A DNA stretch of 63,558 nt, counting the filler, from Actinomycetota bacterium (lineage in GTDB: Bacteria > Actinomycetota > Acidimicrobiia > IMCC26256 > VFJJ01): assembly GCA_009886115.1 (NCBI GenBank). It is 6 parts of 6 records of this genome, joined end to end, with 100 filler letters (N's around TTAATTAATTAA, not from the genome) between each part and the next. Parts side by side here need not be neighbours in the genome. Positions count along the whole stretch, not along the records: positions 41,224 to 54,172 come from VFJJ01000013.1; 5 more parts are not named here. One strand, 5' to 3'. Shown piece by piece: positions 42,763 through 51,776 of this stretch. Within the stretch, counting starts at the first letter, position 1. Every line of letters starts with the position of its first letter. The translations under genes and the position numbers were made by a program. The notes beneath the pieces were generated by a model. That model saw nothing but the letters and a program-made list of their open reading frames with translations, searched no databases and was not told the DNA's origin.

Positions 42763-44250
42763 TCAGCCCCGCACGTACACGACGGCGTCGGCGTCGGCGT
42801 AGATCTGCCGCCAGTCGGGATCGGCGGCGAGCATCGTGTCGAGCGGTTCGTCGGCGGGCCACAGCACGACGTCGACCTCGTAGCGGTCGATGATCGACAG
42901 TGAGTCCGGGCTTCCGCCGTCGAGGGCGATGAAGTCGTCCAGCACGGCGAGCGGGTACATGTCGAAGCGGTCGTCGACGAACACGAGCTGCTCCTCCGGT
43001 CCCCAGGCCTCGATGACCACACCCGCCCAACCGTCGTCGGTGAGCAACCGTCGGCCGAGCAGGTTCTGGGCCCGCATCTCCTGCAGGGCGGCCACGGGAT
43101 AGCTCTCGAGGTCGAACGCCGGCTCCGAGGCGGCCATGCCCGTCCACAGCACGGCCAGCGAGAGCATGCCGGCAAGGACCAGGCGGTGAAAGCTGGGATG
43201 CGAGTCGGGCGCCGGCGCCTCGACCCGCACAGCCCGGGCCATGATCGGCAGGAGCACCAAGGGCGCCACGCCGACATTGCGCCGGGCCCACACCGCCAGC
43301 AACAGGAAGGCAACGGCGACGAGCACGTCGCGGCGGCACGGTCGCGTGCCCCGCCACCACGACCAGGCCACAGCGCCGGCCAACAGCATGGCGAACGCGG
43401 CGAAGGCCACGCCGTCGGGCTCGCTCAGGCTCAACCGACGCCACTCGACGACGCCGCTGAGCACCTCGCCCCGACCGAGCAGATGGACGGGAAACCACAG
43501 GATCCGCCATCCGTAGGGGTTGACGACGGCCGCTGCGAGCCCCAGCGCCAGGCCACCCGCCAGCGATCGTTCCCGACTGCCCGGGCGCACCACGCCTCGA
43601 TCGTCGAGGAACCGACCCACGAGGTGCAGACCCAGGTACCCGGCGCCCAGGGCGAACGAGCCGTGGCACTGGGCCCACAGCCAGACCACGATCGGGATCG
43701 CCACGAGCGGGCGCCGACCCAGGCGACTCTCGGGGACCTCCACGATCCACAACAGGGCGATGAGCCCGACCAGACCGAACAGCAGTGGCCGCTCCGACCA
43801 CAGCGTGAACGACGCTCCGACGCCTGCGAGCGCGACCCCGACGGCGCGTATCCGATCCTGGGTGAGACCCAACACGAGGCGGAACGAACCACACGCGATC
43901 GTTGCGGCAAGCACGCCCACGAGGAGCCGGATACCGAAGCCCCCCAAGGCCTTCTCGGCGATCGCGTACGCGATCTCGGCCAGCCACGACTGCACCACCC
44001 ACGGGGTTCCCGGGGCGGTGTAGGAGTAGATGTCGCCGTGCGGGAACCCGTGGTCGAGGATCCAGCGGCCGGTTCGCAGATGCCACAGGAACGAGTTGTC
44101 GGACAGGGGTGAGAGCCCGGCCCGCCATCCTCCGACCGCGAACGCCACGCTGAACAGCGTCACGAACCCGGGGGCTCGTCGCCGACCGGCTCGCTGCTCG
44201 TCGGCCGAGGGAGTCGCCCCCGCCGGGCTCGAACGCAGGGTCACGGCCAC
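42763..44250 (-). CDS. Polytopic membrane protein, probable GT-C fold glycosyltransferase
   Basis: About 11 TM segments; DNSFLWHLRTGRWI first loop, ERP, WAQCHGSF, NPYG, EW, soluble C-terminal FVDDRFDMYP domain. Confidence 0.6.
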   Translation of the reverse strand: MAVTLRSSPAGATPSADEQRAGRRRAPGFVTLFSVAFAVGGWRAGLSPLSDNSFLWHLRTGRWILDHGFPHGDIYSYTAPGTPWVVQSWLAEIAYAIAEKALGGFGIRLLVGVLAATIACGSFRLVLGLTQDRIRAVGVALAGVGASFTLWSERPLLFGLVGLIALLWIVEVPESRLGRRPLVAIPIVVWLWAQCHGSFALGAGYLGLHLVGRFLDDRGVVRPGSRERSLAGGLALGLAAAVVNPYGWRILWFPVHLLGRGEVLSGVVEWRRLSLSEPDGVAFAAFAMLLAGAVAWSWWRGTRPCRRDVLVAVAFLLLAVWARRNVGVAPLVLLPIMARAVRVEAPAPDSHPSFHRLVLAGMLSLAVLWTGMAASEPAFDLESYPVAALQEMRAQNLLGRRLLTDDGWAGVVIEAWGPEEQLVFVDDRFDMYPLAVLDDFIALDGGSPDSLSIIDRYEVDVVLWPADEPLDTMLAADPDWRQIYADADAVVYVRG

Positions 44251-44262
44251 GAGACGACCGCG

Positions 44263-45183
44263 CTACAGGTTCTGGGTGATCTGGATGGCTGCCGGCCCCA
44301 GGATGATCACGAAGAGCGAGGGGAAGATGCACAGCATCAACGGGAACAACATCTTCACCGGAGCCTTCATGGCCTTCTCCTGGGCCTTCTGCCGGCGCTT
44401 GATACGCATCTCGTCGGCCTGGCCCCGAAGCACCCGCCCGATCGAGACACCGAACTGATCGGCCTGGAGGATGGCCATGATGAAGCCCCGGAGCTCGGGC
44501 ACCTCGCAGCGGGTATCGAGCGACCGCATGGCTTCGGCTCGGCTCTTGCCCACCCTGATCTCCTGCAGCGTGCGCCGCAGCTCATCCGACAGGGCCCCGG
44601 GCACCGCGGCGATCGTCCGGTCGATCGCCTGCTCGAAGCCCAGACCGGCCTCGACCGAGATCACCAAGAGGTCGAGGATGTCAGGGAGCTTTCGGGCGAT
44701 CTCCTTCTGGCGGGCCTGCATCTTCTTGTTGATCGACTGGTCGGGGAACATGAACACGCATCCGGCGACGAGACCCGGAACCAGGAACCCCTTGATCAAT
44801 CCTGACTGGTGCAGATACCCTCGAAATAGCCAGATGACGCCGGGAATCGCGATCGTGCACAAGACCTTGAGTGCGAGGAATCGATCGACATCCATCCCGG
44901 CCGGACTCCCGGCAATCTCGATCTTCCGCCTCACCCGATCCGTGTATCCGGCCGGCGTGAAGCGTCCCGAGAAATGGGCCATACGCGCGATGACCGGACG
45001 CAAGAGTCGATCCTTGGCCGGCGCGAGCATGGCCGCTTCTCGCACGTTCTCGATCTGGTAGTCGTCGAGCTGGCGGAGCGCGTCGCGCACCTCCGACCGC
45101 TGGTTCACGCTCAAGAAGATGAACAGTGACAGCAGGAGAATGGCTCCCCCAACTGCCAATGCCGCGAGCTGCTGCTTGTCCAT
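44263..45183 (-). CDS. tadC: Tad pilus platform protein TadC (T2SSF domain)
   Basis: LPDILDLLVISVEAGLGFEQA, QADQFGVSIGRVLRGQA, KAPVKMLFPL. Confidence 0.92.
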   Translation of the reverse strand: MDKQQLAALAVGGAILLLSLFIFLSVNQRSEVRDALRQLDDYQIENVREAAMLAPAKDRLLRPVIARMAHFSGRFTPAGYTDRVRRKIEIAGSPAGMDVDRFLALKVLCTIAIPGVIWLFRGYLHQSGLIKGFLVPGLVAGCVFMFPDQSINKKMQARQKEIARKLPDILDLLVISVEAGLGFEQAIDRTIAAVPGALSDELRRTLQEIRVGKSRAEAMRSLDTRCEVPELRGFIMAILQADQFGVSIGRVLRGQADEMRIKRRQKAQEKAMKAPVKMLFPLMLCIFPSLFVIILGPAAIQITQNL

Positions 45184-45194
45184 CAGGGGACCTT

Positions 45195-47240
45195 TCAGAC
45201 GTCGATGTTGATCATCTTCTTGATCCACAAGAAGCCGATGAACGCGGAGATGCCCGAGATGATCAAGACGATGATGCCGATCGTGTTCGAGAAGAGGGTC
45301 CCGATGTATTCAGGCGCCGTCGCATAGAGCATGGCGCCGAGGCCGAGCGGAAGCAGGCCCATGACGATCGACGAGATCTGGCCTTCTGCGGTGAGGGCCT
45401 TGATCTCACGGCGCATCCGCTCACGGAGGATCATGGTCTCACCGACGGTCTGCAGCAGCTCGGCCAGGTTTCCACCGACCTCGCGCTGGATCCGGATGGC
45501 CATGACCGCCCACTTGAAGTCGATGCTGTCCATCCGGTCGGCCATGTCGTCGAGGGCGTCCTCGATGGGGCGACCCAGCCGGGCCTCGACGAGCACCCGC
45601 TGGAGCTCCTTGCCCATCGGGTCCTTGCTCTCCTTGGCGACGGCGTCGACGCCTTGGAGCAACGAGTACCCGGCCCTCAGCGTGCTCGAGAGCAGCTGCA
45701 GCGAGTCGGGGAGCTGATCGGAGAATCTCCTGAGACGACGCTTGCGCAGGAAGTTGAGCGCCAGTATGGGCATCGTGATCACGAGCGCGGTCAGGAGGGC
45801 GGCAGCGAAGATACCCCCGGCGAGCACCAACGCCAACCCGGCCACGATCACGATCGAAGCCAGGTACAGGGTGAACGCCTCGGCGGGACGCATCGGCAGG
45901 TCGGCCTGGTCGAGCTTGTGCTCGACCTTCTCGAGGATGCCGTTGCGGGTGGCGAAGTTCTCCGTGAGCTTCACCGCACGCTTGACCATGCCGCTCTCGG
46001 TGAAGCGACCGAGTCCCTCGGGGCTGCCCTCCTCGAGCAGGCGCCGCCCCTCGTCGGTGTAGTGACTCAGCCGGTCGGCGACGCCGTCGCGCTCCTTGGT
46101 GAAGATCAGAACGAGCGCGACGAGGAAGGCCAACACGGCCGCCCCGACGAGCCCGATGATGATCAGCCGGGCGTCTGACCGGCCGAAGAAGCTGGGCGCC
46201 GGACCGATCGGCGTCGCGGCCGGGGCCTCGCTCACGCCGGAGACCACCGTGCCGGGACGAGCGCGGCTCGAGGTCGCGACCCCGCGAAGCTCGACCCCGA
46301 CGAGGAAACCCTGATCGGTCACGGCCGACCGGTACGAGACGACGAACTGGTTCTCGAGCGTCTGCGAGATGCTCCTGAAGTGTCCCGGGAGGTCTGACTG
46401 CTGCCCGACCGTCGCGAACGCCCCTCCCGAGCGGGCCGCCCGGGCCGCGAGCGAACCCGTGTCCCACGGCTCGCGGGAAACCGCCGTCACGAACACGGCA
46501 GCGTGTGACGTGTCGAGCGCGGCGCCGGCGCTGCTGGCACTGGCGGTCGAACCTTGATCGTTGCCCGCGAGGAGGAGCACGACGTTGGGCTGGAGCTCGG
46601 GCACGTCGACGAACGCGCGCCCCGCGTTGACGATCCCGTCGAAGAGGCGGCGGTCGCCGAGGGCAGCGATGCGCTCGACGCCAGCCCGCAGAGCATCGAC
46701 GTCGTCGGTGAGGCCCACCTCGAAGTGCGACGACCCGCCGATGGTGAGGATCGCGATCTGGTCGCCGGCCTCCTTCTGCGCGATGAACGCCAGAGCGGCG
46801 TCGCGGATCGAACCGATGAGGTCACCGGGGCCGGTGCTGGCGGAGGTGTCGAGGACGAGCACCGTCGCGCGGCGCTGATCGCTCTCGGCCATCGGCTCGA
46901 TCTCGGCCGCCACCGCGACACCGTTCTCGGTGACGGTGAGCTCGGACGCGTCGACGCTCGGGCCCTGCACGGACACCGTCAGCGTCGTCCTCGGATGCTC
47001 GAGGGTGTCGAGACGACGGATGGAGACGGACTGGACGGCGTCGCCAGAGTCGGGGCTGGACGCCGACCCGGAGGTCGCGACGGTCGTCGACGAGTCGCCT
47101 TCGGCGGCATGGGCCGATCCCGTCAGGGCAACGCTGGCAACGAGGGCGAGCACGACCGATCGTCGGCCGAGCCACGACCATCTCCTCGCCGCCACCCTGG
47201 TCTCCTCCACGATCGGGACTCCGCTCTCTCGCCGGCTCAC
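45195..47240 (-). CDS. tadB: TadB fused to an N-terminal exported vWA domain
   Basis: Signal peptide, LVLDTSAS MIDAS motif, FSDQLPDSLQLLSSTLRAGYS, IQREVGGNLAE, ALTAEG. Confidence 0.9.
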   Translation of the reverse strand: MSRRESGVPIVEETRVAARRWSWLGRRSVVLALVASVALTGSAHAAEGDSSTTVATSGSASSPDSGDAVQSVSIRRLDTLEHPRTTLTVSVQGPSVDASELTVTENGVAVAAEIEPMAESDQRRATVLVLDTSASTGPGDLIGSIRDAALAFIAQKEAGDQIAILTIGGSSHFEVGLTDDVDALRAGVERIAALGDRRLFDGIVNAGRAFVDVPELQPNVVLLLAGNDQGSTASASSAGAALDTSHAAVFVTAVSREPWDTGSLAARAARSGGAFATVGQQSDLPGHFRSISQTLENQFVVSYRSAVTDQGFLVGVELRGVATSSRARPGTVVSGVSEAPAATPIGPAPSFFGRSDARLIIIGLVGAAVLAFLVALVLIFTKERDGVADRLSHYTDEGRRLLEEGSPEGLGRFTESGMVKRAVKLTENFATRNGILEKVEHKLDQADLPMRPAEAFTLYLASIVIVAGLALVLAGGIFAAALLTALVITMPILALNFLRKRRLRRFSDQLPDSLQLLSSTLRAGYSLLQGVDAVAKESKDPMGKELQRVLVEARLGRPIEDALDDMADRMDSIDFKWAVMAIRIQREVGGNLAELLQTVGETMILRERMRREIKALTAEGQISSIVMGLLPLGLGAMLYATAPEYIGTLFSNTIGIIVLIISGISAFIGFLWIKKMINIDV

Positions 47241-48583
47241 GACGGTCGACGGGCGAACGACTCGGCAGCGAAGACCTCGGGCCCGAGTCGGATCCCGTGG
47301 TCGGCGAGCTTCTCGGTGAACTTCGGACGGATCCCCGTGCTCTTGAGCCGGCCCATGAACTTGCCGTTCTCGTCGACACCCATCCCGAAGTCGAAGAGGA
47401 ACACGTCCTGGAGCACGATCACTTCGCTCTCCATGCCCTGCACCTCGGTCACGTGGGTCACACGACGGGTGCCGTCCCGCAGCCGGCTGAGCTGCACGAT
47501 CACATCGACGGCGGAGGCCATCTGCTCGCGAATCGCCCGGACCGGCAGGTCCATGCCGGCCATGAGGACCAGCGTCTCCATACGGGCGAGGCTGTCCCGG
47601 GGGGCGTTGGCGTGGACGGTGGTGAGCGAGCCGTCGTGGCCCGTGTTCATGGCCTGGAGCATGTCCAGGGCCTCACCACCACGACACTCGCCGACGACGA
47701 TCCGGTCGGGCCGCATTCGCAAGGTGTTGCGGACGAGGTCGCGGATCGTGACCTCTCCCTTGCCCTCGACGTTGCGGGGCCGGGTCTCGAGCGCCAGCAC
47801 GTGGTCCTGCTTGAGCTGGAGCTCCTTGGCGTCCTCGACGGTGATGATGCGCTCGTCGGTGGGGATGAACGACGAGAGCACGTTGAGCATCGTCGTCTTA
47901 CCGGAGCCGGTGCCACCGCTGACGATCACGTTCAGCCGTCCCTCGACGCACGCCCGGAGGAACTGCGCGGTCGGGCGGCTGATCGTGCCGAAGTTGATCA
48001 GGTCCTGCACCGTGTAGGGGTCGGCCGAGAACTTCCGGATCGTCAGGAACGGCCCGCCGATGGCCAGCGGGTGGACGACGGCATTCACACGGGATCCGTC
48101 AGGCAGACGGGCGTCGACCATCGGGACCGACTCGTCGATGCGGCGTCCCACCTGGGCGACGATCTTGTCGATGATGCGGCGCAGGTGCGTGTCGTCGACG
48201 AAGGTCACGCCCGAGACCTCGAGCTTGCCGTTGCGTTCGACGTACACCAGGTTCGGCCCGTTGCACATCACTTCCGAGATCGTGTCGTCGCGCAGAAGCC
48301 GGTCGATCGGGCCGTAGCCCAGCACGTCGTCCGAGATGTCTTCGATGAGCCCGATCTTGTCGGCGGCGCTCAGCGGGACCCGCTCCTGGGCCAACGCCAG
48401 CTGGAGCTGCTCGGTCACCTGCCGGCGCAGCTCCTCTTCGGACAGGCGCTGGTTGTAGAGGAGCGGCCCGAGCTCTTGGATCAGGTGGTGGTGGATCTTC
48501 TGCCGGAGCTCGTCGAGCACCGGGTCCCGACCGCCGAGCTGCTCTGGACGGGATGCTTCGTGGAGACGCTTGTACAGCGACAT
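47237..48583 (-). CDS. cpaF: Tad pilus assembly ATPase CpaF/TadA
   Basis: GYGPID, DARLPDGSRVN, SGGTGSGKTT, LRMRPDRIVVGECRG, AMNTGHDGS. Confidence 0.96.
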   Translation of the reverse strand: MSLYKRLHEASRPEQLGGRDPVLDELRQKIHHHLIQELGPLLYNQRLSEEELRRQVTEQLQLALAQERVPLSAADKIGLIEDISDDVLGYGPIDRLLRDDTISEVMCNGPNLVYVERNGKLEVSGVTFVDDTHLRRIIDKIVAQVGRRIDESVPMVDARLPDGSRVNAVVHPLAIGGPFLTIRKFSADPYTVQDLINFGTISRPTAQFLRACVEGRLNVIVSGGTGSGKTTMLNVLSSFIPTDERIITVEDAKELQLKQDHVLALETRPRNVEGKGEVTIRDLVRNTLRMRPDRIVVGECRGGEALDMLQAMNTGHDGSLTTVHANAPRDSLARMETLVLMAGMDLPVRAIREQMASAVDVIVQLSRLRDGTRRVTHVTEVQGMESEVIVLQDVFLFDFGMGVDENGKFMGRLKSTGIRPKFTEKLADHGIRLGPEVFAAESFARRPS

Positions 48584-48621
48584 CGTTTCGTCCTTCCTCG
48601 CTCAGCAGGCTCGGTGAGCGG

Positions 48622-49833
48622 TCATGACCGGCTCCCGATGGCTGCGGCCCGAAGGCCCTTCTTCGAAGTGGCGACGGGCGCCGGCTGGGCTGAGCCGGCG
48701 AAGCGGTCTGCGAGGTGCTCGAGCGCCCGCGCCGGCGCTGATCGCGGCGCCGAGAGCACGACCGGCACCCCCTTGTTGACCGACTGCGGAACGGCGATGT
48801 CGGTTGGGATCACGCACGCCGCCTTCATCTGCAGCGTGCGTTCCACCTCGCTCAGATCGAGCCTCGACCGGCCGCCGGCCCCGTTCATCGCCAGGTGGAA
48901 CTTGCCGAGGTCGACGTTGAGCATGTTCAGGGTCTGCAGGCCCAGCTTGACGTTCTTGACGTTCGGGATGTCGGTCCCGGCCACGACGACCACGTCGTCG
49001 GCGTGCTCGACCAACCCGACGACGATCTCGTTCAGCACGGCGGGCGTGTCGATCACGACGAACGAGCAGAACTGTCGCATCAGGGTCGCGATCTTCACGA
49101 TGTCGTCGGGCGAGATCTGCTCGGCGAAGGCCGGCTCGATCGGGGCGGGCAGCACCAGTAGCCCGGTCGGCTCGTACGACGTGAGGATGCTCTGGATGAG
49201 ATGAGCATCGAGCCGTCCGATCGATCCGACGGCGTCGACCAAGGTGTGCTTGGGCGTCAGCTTCAAGAGCACGGCGACATCGCCGAACTGGAGGTCGGCG
49301 TCGATGAGCGCCACCGGGCGGGCCGAGCGACGCGACAGTGCCACGGCCAGGTTGGTGGCCACGACGCTCTTTCCCGAGCCGCCCTTCATCGAGGCCACCG
49401 CGATGACCCGGCACTGGTCGTCGGTGTCGAGGATCGTGCTCACGACCCGACCCTGCACGACGTTGAGCCCATCGCTGACCCGGGCCACCGACTCTGCCAA
49501 CTGCTGCGGTTCGGTCGGACCGGGGACCACATCGCGAACCCCGGCCCGCAAGGCCTGCTGGAGCAGGTTCGTCGAGAGCTCGTCGACGATGAGGATCGCC
49601 GCGATCTGGGGACGGGTGCGGGTGATGCGTTCGATGTCGGCCAACCCGGCGAGATCGGCGAAGCCAGGCCCGAAGATGACCACCGAGGCCACGGAGGCGT
49701 CGAGCGCACCCTCGAGCTCGGCGACGCTGGCGGCTGCGGTCGAGACCACGTCCTCGCCGAGTTGCGAGACGAGGCGTGTACGGAGCTTGGTGTCGGGTTC
49801 GGCGATCAGGATCTCGAAGCGATGCTCACTCAT
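48622..49833 (-). CDS. cpaE: CpaE/TadZ receiver-MinD-like ATPase
   Basis: Atypical receiver domain plus KGGSGKS deviant Walker A, IDADLQFGD, VVIDTP. Confidence 0.9.
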   Translation of the reverse strand: MSEHRFEILIAEPDTKLRTRLVSQLGEDVVSTAAASVAELEGALDASVASVVIFGPGFADLAGLADIERITRTRPQIAAILIVDELSTNLLQQALRAGVRDVVPGPTEPQQLAESVARVSDGLNVVQGRVVSTILDTDDQCRVIAVASMKGGSGKSVVATNLAVALSRRSARPVALIDADLQFGDVAVLLKLTPKHTLVDAVGSIGRLDAHLIQSILTSYEPTGLLVLPAPIEPAFAEQISPDDIVKIATLMRQFCSFVVIDTPAVLNEIVVGLVEHADDVVVVAGTDIPNVKNVKLGLQTLNMLNVDLGKFHLAMNGAGGRSRLDLSEVERTLQMKAACVIPTDIAVPQSVNKGVPVVLSAPRSAPARALEHLADRFAGSAQPAPVATSKKGLRAAAIGSRS

Positions 49834-49930
49834 CAATGCACCCTCGTCTGGCGACGCCGCTCATGGCGTGTGCTCACGGTGTTCCCGGTCCCTGCTTGAT
49901 CGAGCCTCATCGGCTCCCGTCGGTCTCGGC

Positions 49931-50797
49931 CTAGTAGTAGACGTAAAGCTGGTCGAGGAGGCTCCGGGGCCCGGCCGGGAGGATGGCTTGGACCTCGTAG
50001 TCGTTGGGCAGGAGCGTCAGGTACATGCCGCCGAGGTTGTTCTGCGCATACGCGATCTTCAGCGCCTGGTCGGCGTTCACGGCGAAGGTGAGCAGCCCGC
50101 TGTCACCTGCGGCCGTGGCCCCGTCCGGGGTGGCCTCACCGGCTGCCGGCGCCGTCGACTGTCCGACGGCGAGCACCTGGACCTTCTGCATCAGATACAC
50201 GGCGAAGGAGGGCGGCTCCGAGGGGGCCGACTCGGGCGTCGACCCTCCACCGCTGTCATCGGCGCTCACGACGCTGCTCGACGGGAGCCCGGTGCCCAGG
50301 AGGTTCTCGGGGTCGTAGCCCAGCTCGTCGTAGGGAACCTCGACGATGATGTTCACGTAGTCGAGCGGGGCGATGAGCCCGGCAACGCCCTTGATCTGGT
50401 CGACAGAGACCGTGATCGCCTGGAGGCCGTCCTGCTCGGCCAAGCGCTCGCTGAAGGTGGTCTGCACGATCGTGGGATCGACGAACAACCCCTGGAGGAG
50501 GAGGTTGCCCGCCTTCAGATCGGCGACCGCCACCAGATCACGGATCGCGACGAGGTTGCCGATGGCGTTGCCTCCGGGATGGAACTCCTCGGGGATCTGA
50601 TGCTCGGAGATCGAGGTCGCGGCTTGGTCGCCGGTCGTGCCCTTGACGATGTCCTTGTCGATGCGGAAGACGGTGACGAGCTCTGTTCCCTCATTGGCAC
50701 GATCGTCCGCCGCCCCCAGGTACGTGTAGGTCGCGTAGGACGCAACACCCGCAAGGGCGATGGCCAAGACCAAGATGAGGATGCGCCGACTGCTCAC
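49931..50797 (-). CDS. cpaB: Flp pilus assembly protein CpaB/RcpC
   Basis: N-terminal TM, SAF domain, AITVSVDQIKGVAGLI, QKVQVLAVG, LTFAV. Confidence 0.88.
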   Translation of the reverse strand: MSSRRILILVLAIALAGVASYATYTYLGAADDRANEGTELVTVFRIDKDIVKGTTGDQAATSISEHQIPEEFHPGGNAIGNLVAIRDLVAVADLKAGNLLLQGLFVDPTIVQTTFSERLAEQDGLQAITVSVDQIKGVAGLIAPLDYVNIIVEVPYDELGYDPENLLGTGLPSSSVVSADDSGGGSTPESAPSEPPSFAVYLMQKVQVLAVGQSTAPAAGEATPDGATAAGDSGLLTFAVNADQALKIAYAQNNLGGMYLTLLPNDYEVQAILPAGPRSLLDQLYVYY

Positions 50798-50882
50798 GCG
50801 TGCTCCGTCCGTTTTCGTGTGGGGGACGAACCCGCGATGCGCGTCGCTGCACCAGCGACCCAGCTCGCGGCTCTAGGCGTTC

Positions 50883-50911
50883 GTATCGGCGAACCCCAAC
50901 ACCAACCTGAG
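50883..50911 (-). promoter_or_regulatory. Putative sigma28-type promoter for the cpaB operon
   Basis: Minus strand CTCA-N17-GCCGATAC. Confidence 0.5.
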
Positions 50912-51023
50912 ACTCAGTTCGAGCGCTCGGTGAACCGACGCGGCAATTGCGACCCGGACGAATCGGACCTTTTTCACGGCGCGGACAGAGGTGGCATCGC
51001 GGCGCTCGAGGGGGGTCGATCGA

Positions 51024-51051
51024 CTCAACTTTCGACAGTCGGCCTGCCGAT
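51024..51051 (+). promoter_or_regulatory. Putative sigma28-type promoter for the tadE/tadG genes
   Basis: CTCA-N18-GCCGAT (spacer slightly long). Confidence 0.35.
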
Positions 51052-51152
51052 GGATGGCCAACATCCGCGACAGGTACCGGTCCTGGAGCCCTCCGTTGAC
51101 GACAGTCCCGTCGAAGTCGATCAGTTCCTCACCCGCCGGGACCCCCGAGTCG

Positions 51153-51776
51153 GTGCCATCCGAGCCGAGCGCGGGCATCGAGCCCCGGCGCCACAGCCGG
51201 AGGGGCCGGCGCCGGGTCGGCCTTCGCCGACGCGACGAGCGGGGCGTGGCGCTCGTCGAAGCAGCCATCGTGATCCCGCTGCTGCTGTCGCTGGTGCTGG
51301 GGTTGGCCGAGTTCGGGCTCATGTTCCGCCAGTACCTCACGACCTCGAACGCCAGCCGAGCCGGGGCCCGGGTCGGCAGCTCGGCCGGGACGGGCGCCAC
51401 AGCCGACTAGGACATCCTCCAGGCTGTCGCCGGCGCCGCTGCATCGCTGCCCAGCGGAGCGCTCAAGTACGTCGTTGTCTTCAAGTCGTCGGGGCCCAAC
51501 AGCGTGGTGCCAGCGCTGTGCGTCGACGGGACTCCCGTGCTCAGCGTGTGCAACGTGTACCCGGCTGCTGACCTGGCTCTCACGTCGACCGCGCTCACGG
51601 CATCGGGCCACTCCGCCAATTGGCTGCCTTCGACGCGCCAGACCCGTCAGAGCCTCGGAACCGACTGGCTCGGCGTGTACGTGCGGTCCGATTACGACTA
51701 CCTCACGAACATGTTCAGCGGGATACGACCGCTGAACGACACGTCGATCATGCGACTCGAACCGGAGAGCAACTGA
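51153..51776 (+). pseudogene. TadE-like minor pilin interrupted by an in-frame TAG at 51408-51410
   Basis: DERG|VALVEAAIV pilin motif; same frame continues DILQAV...KYVVVFK...VCNVY...DWLGVYV...MRLEP, colinear with the paralog at 53373. Confidence 0.85.

Noticed and set aside
51408..51410. TAG as evidence of pyrrolysine or stop-codon reassignment
   Set aside because: TAG ends several intact genes here (3130, 37792, 39007, 41109, 41388), and no pyl genes or suppressor tRNA are seen
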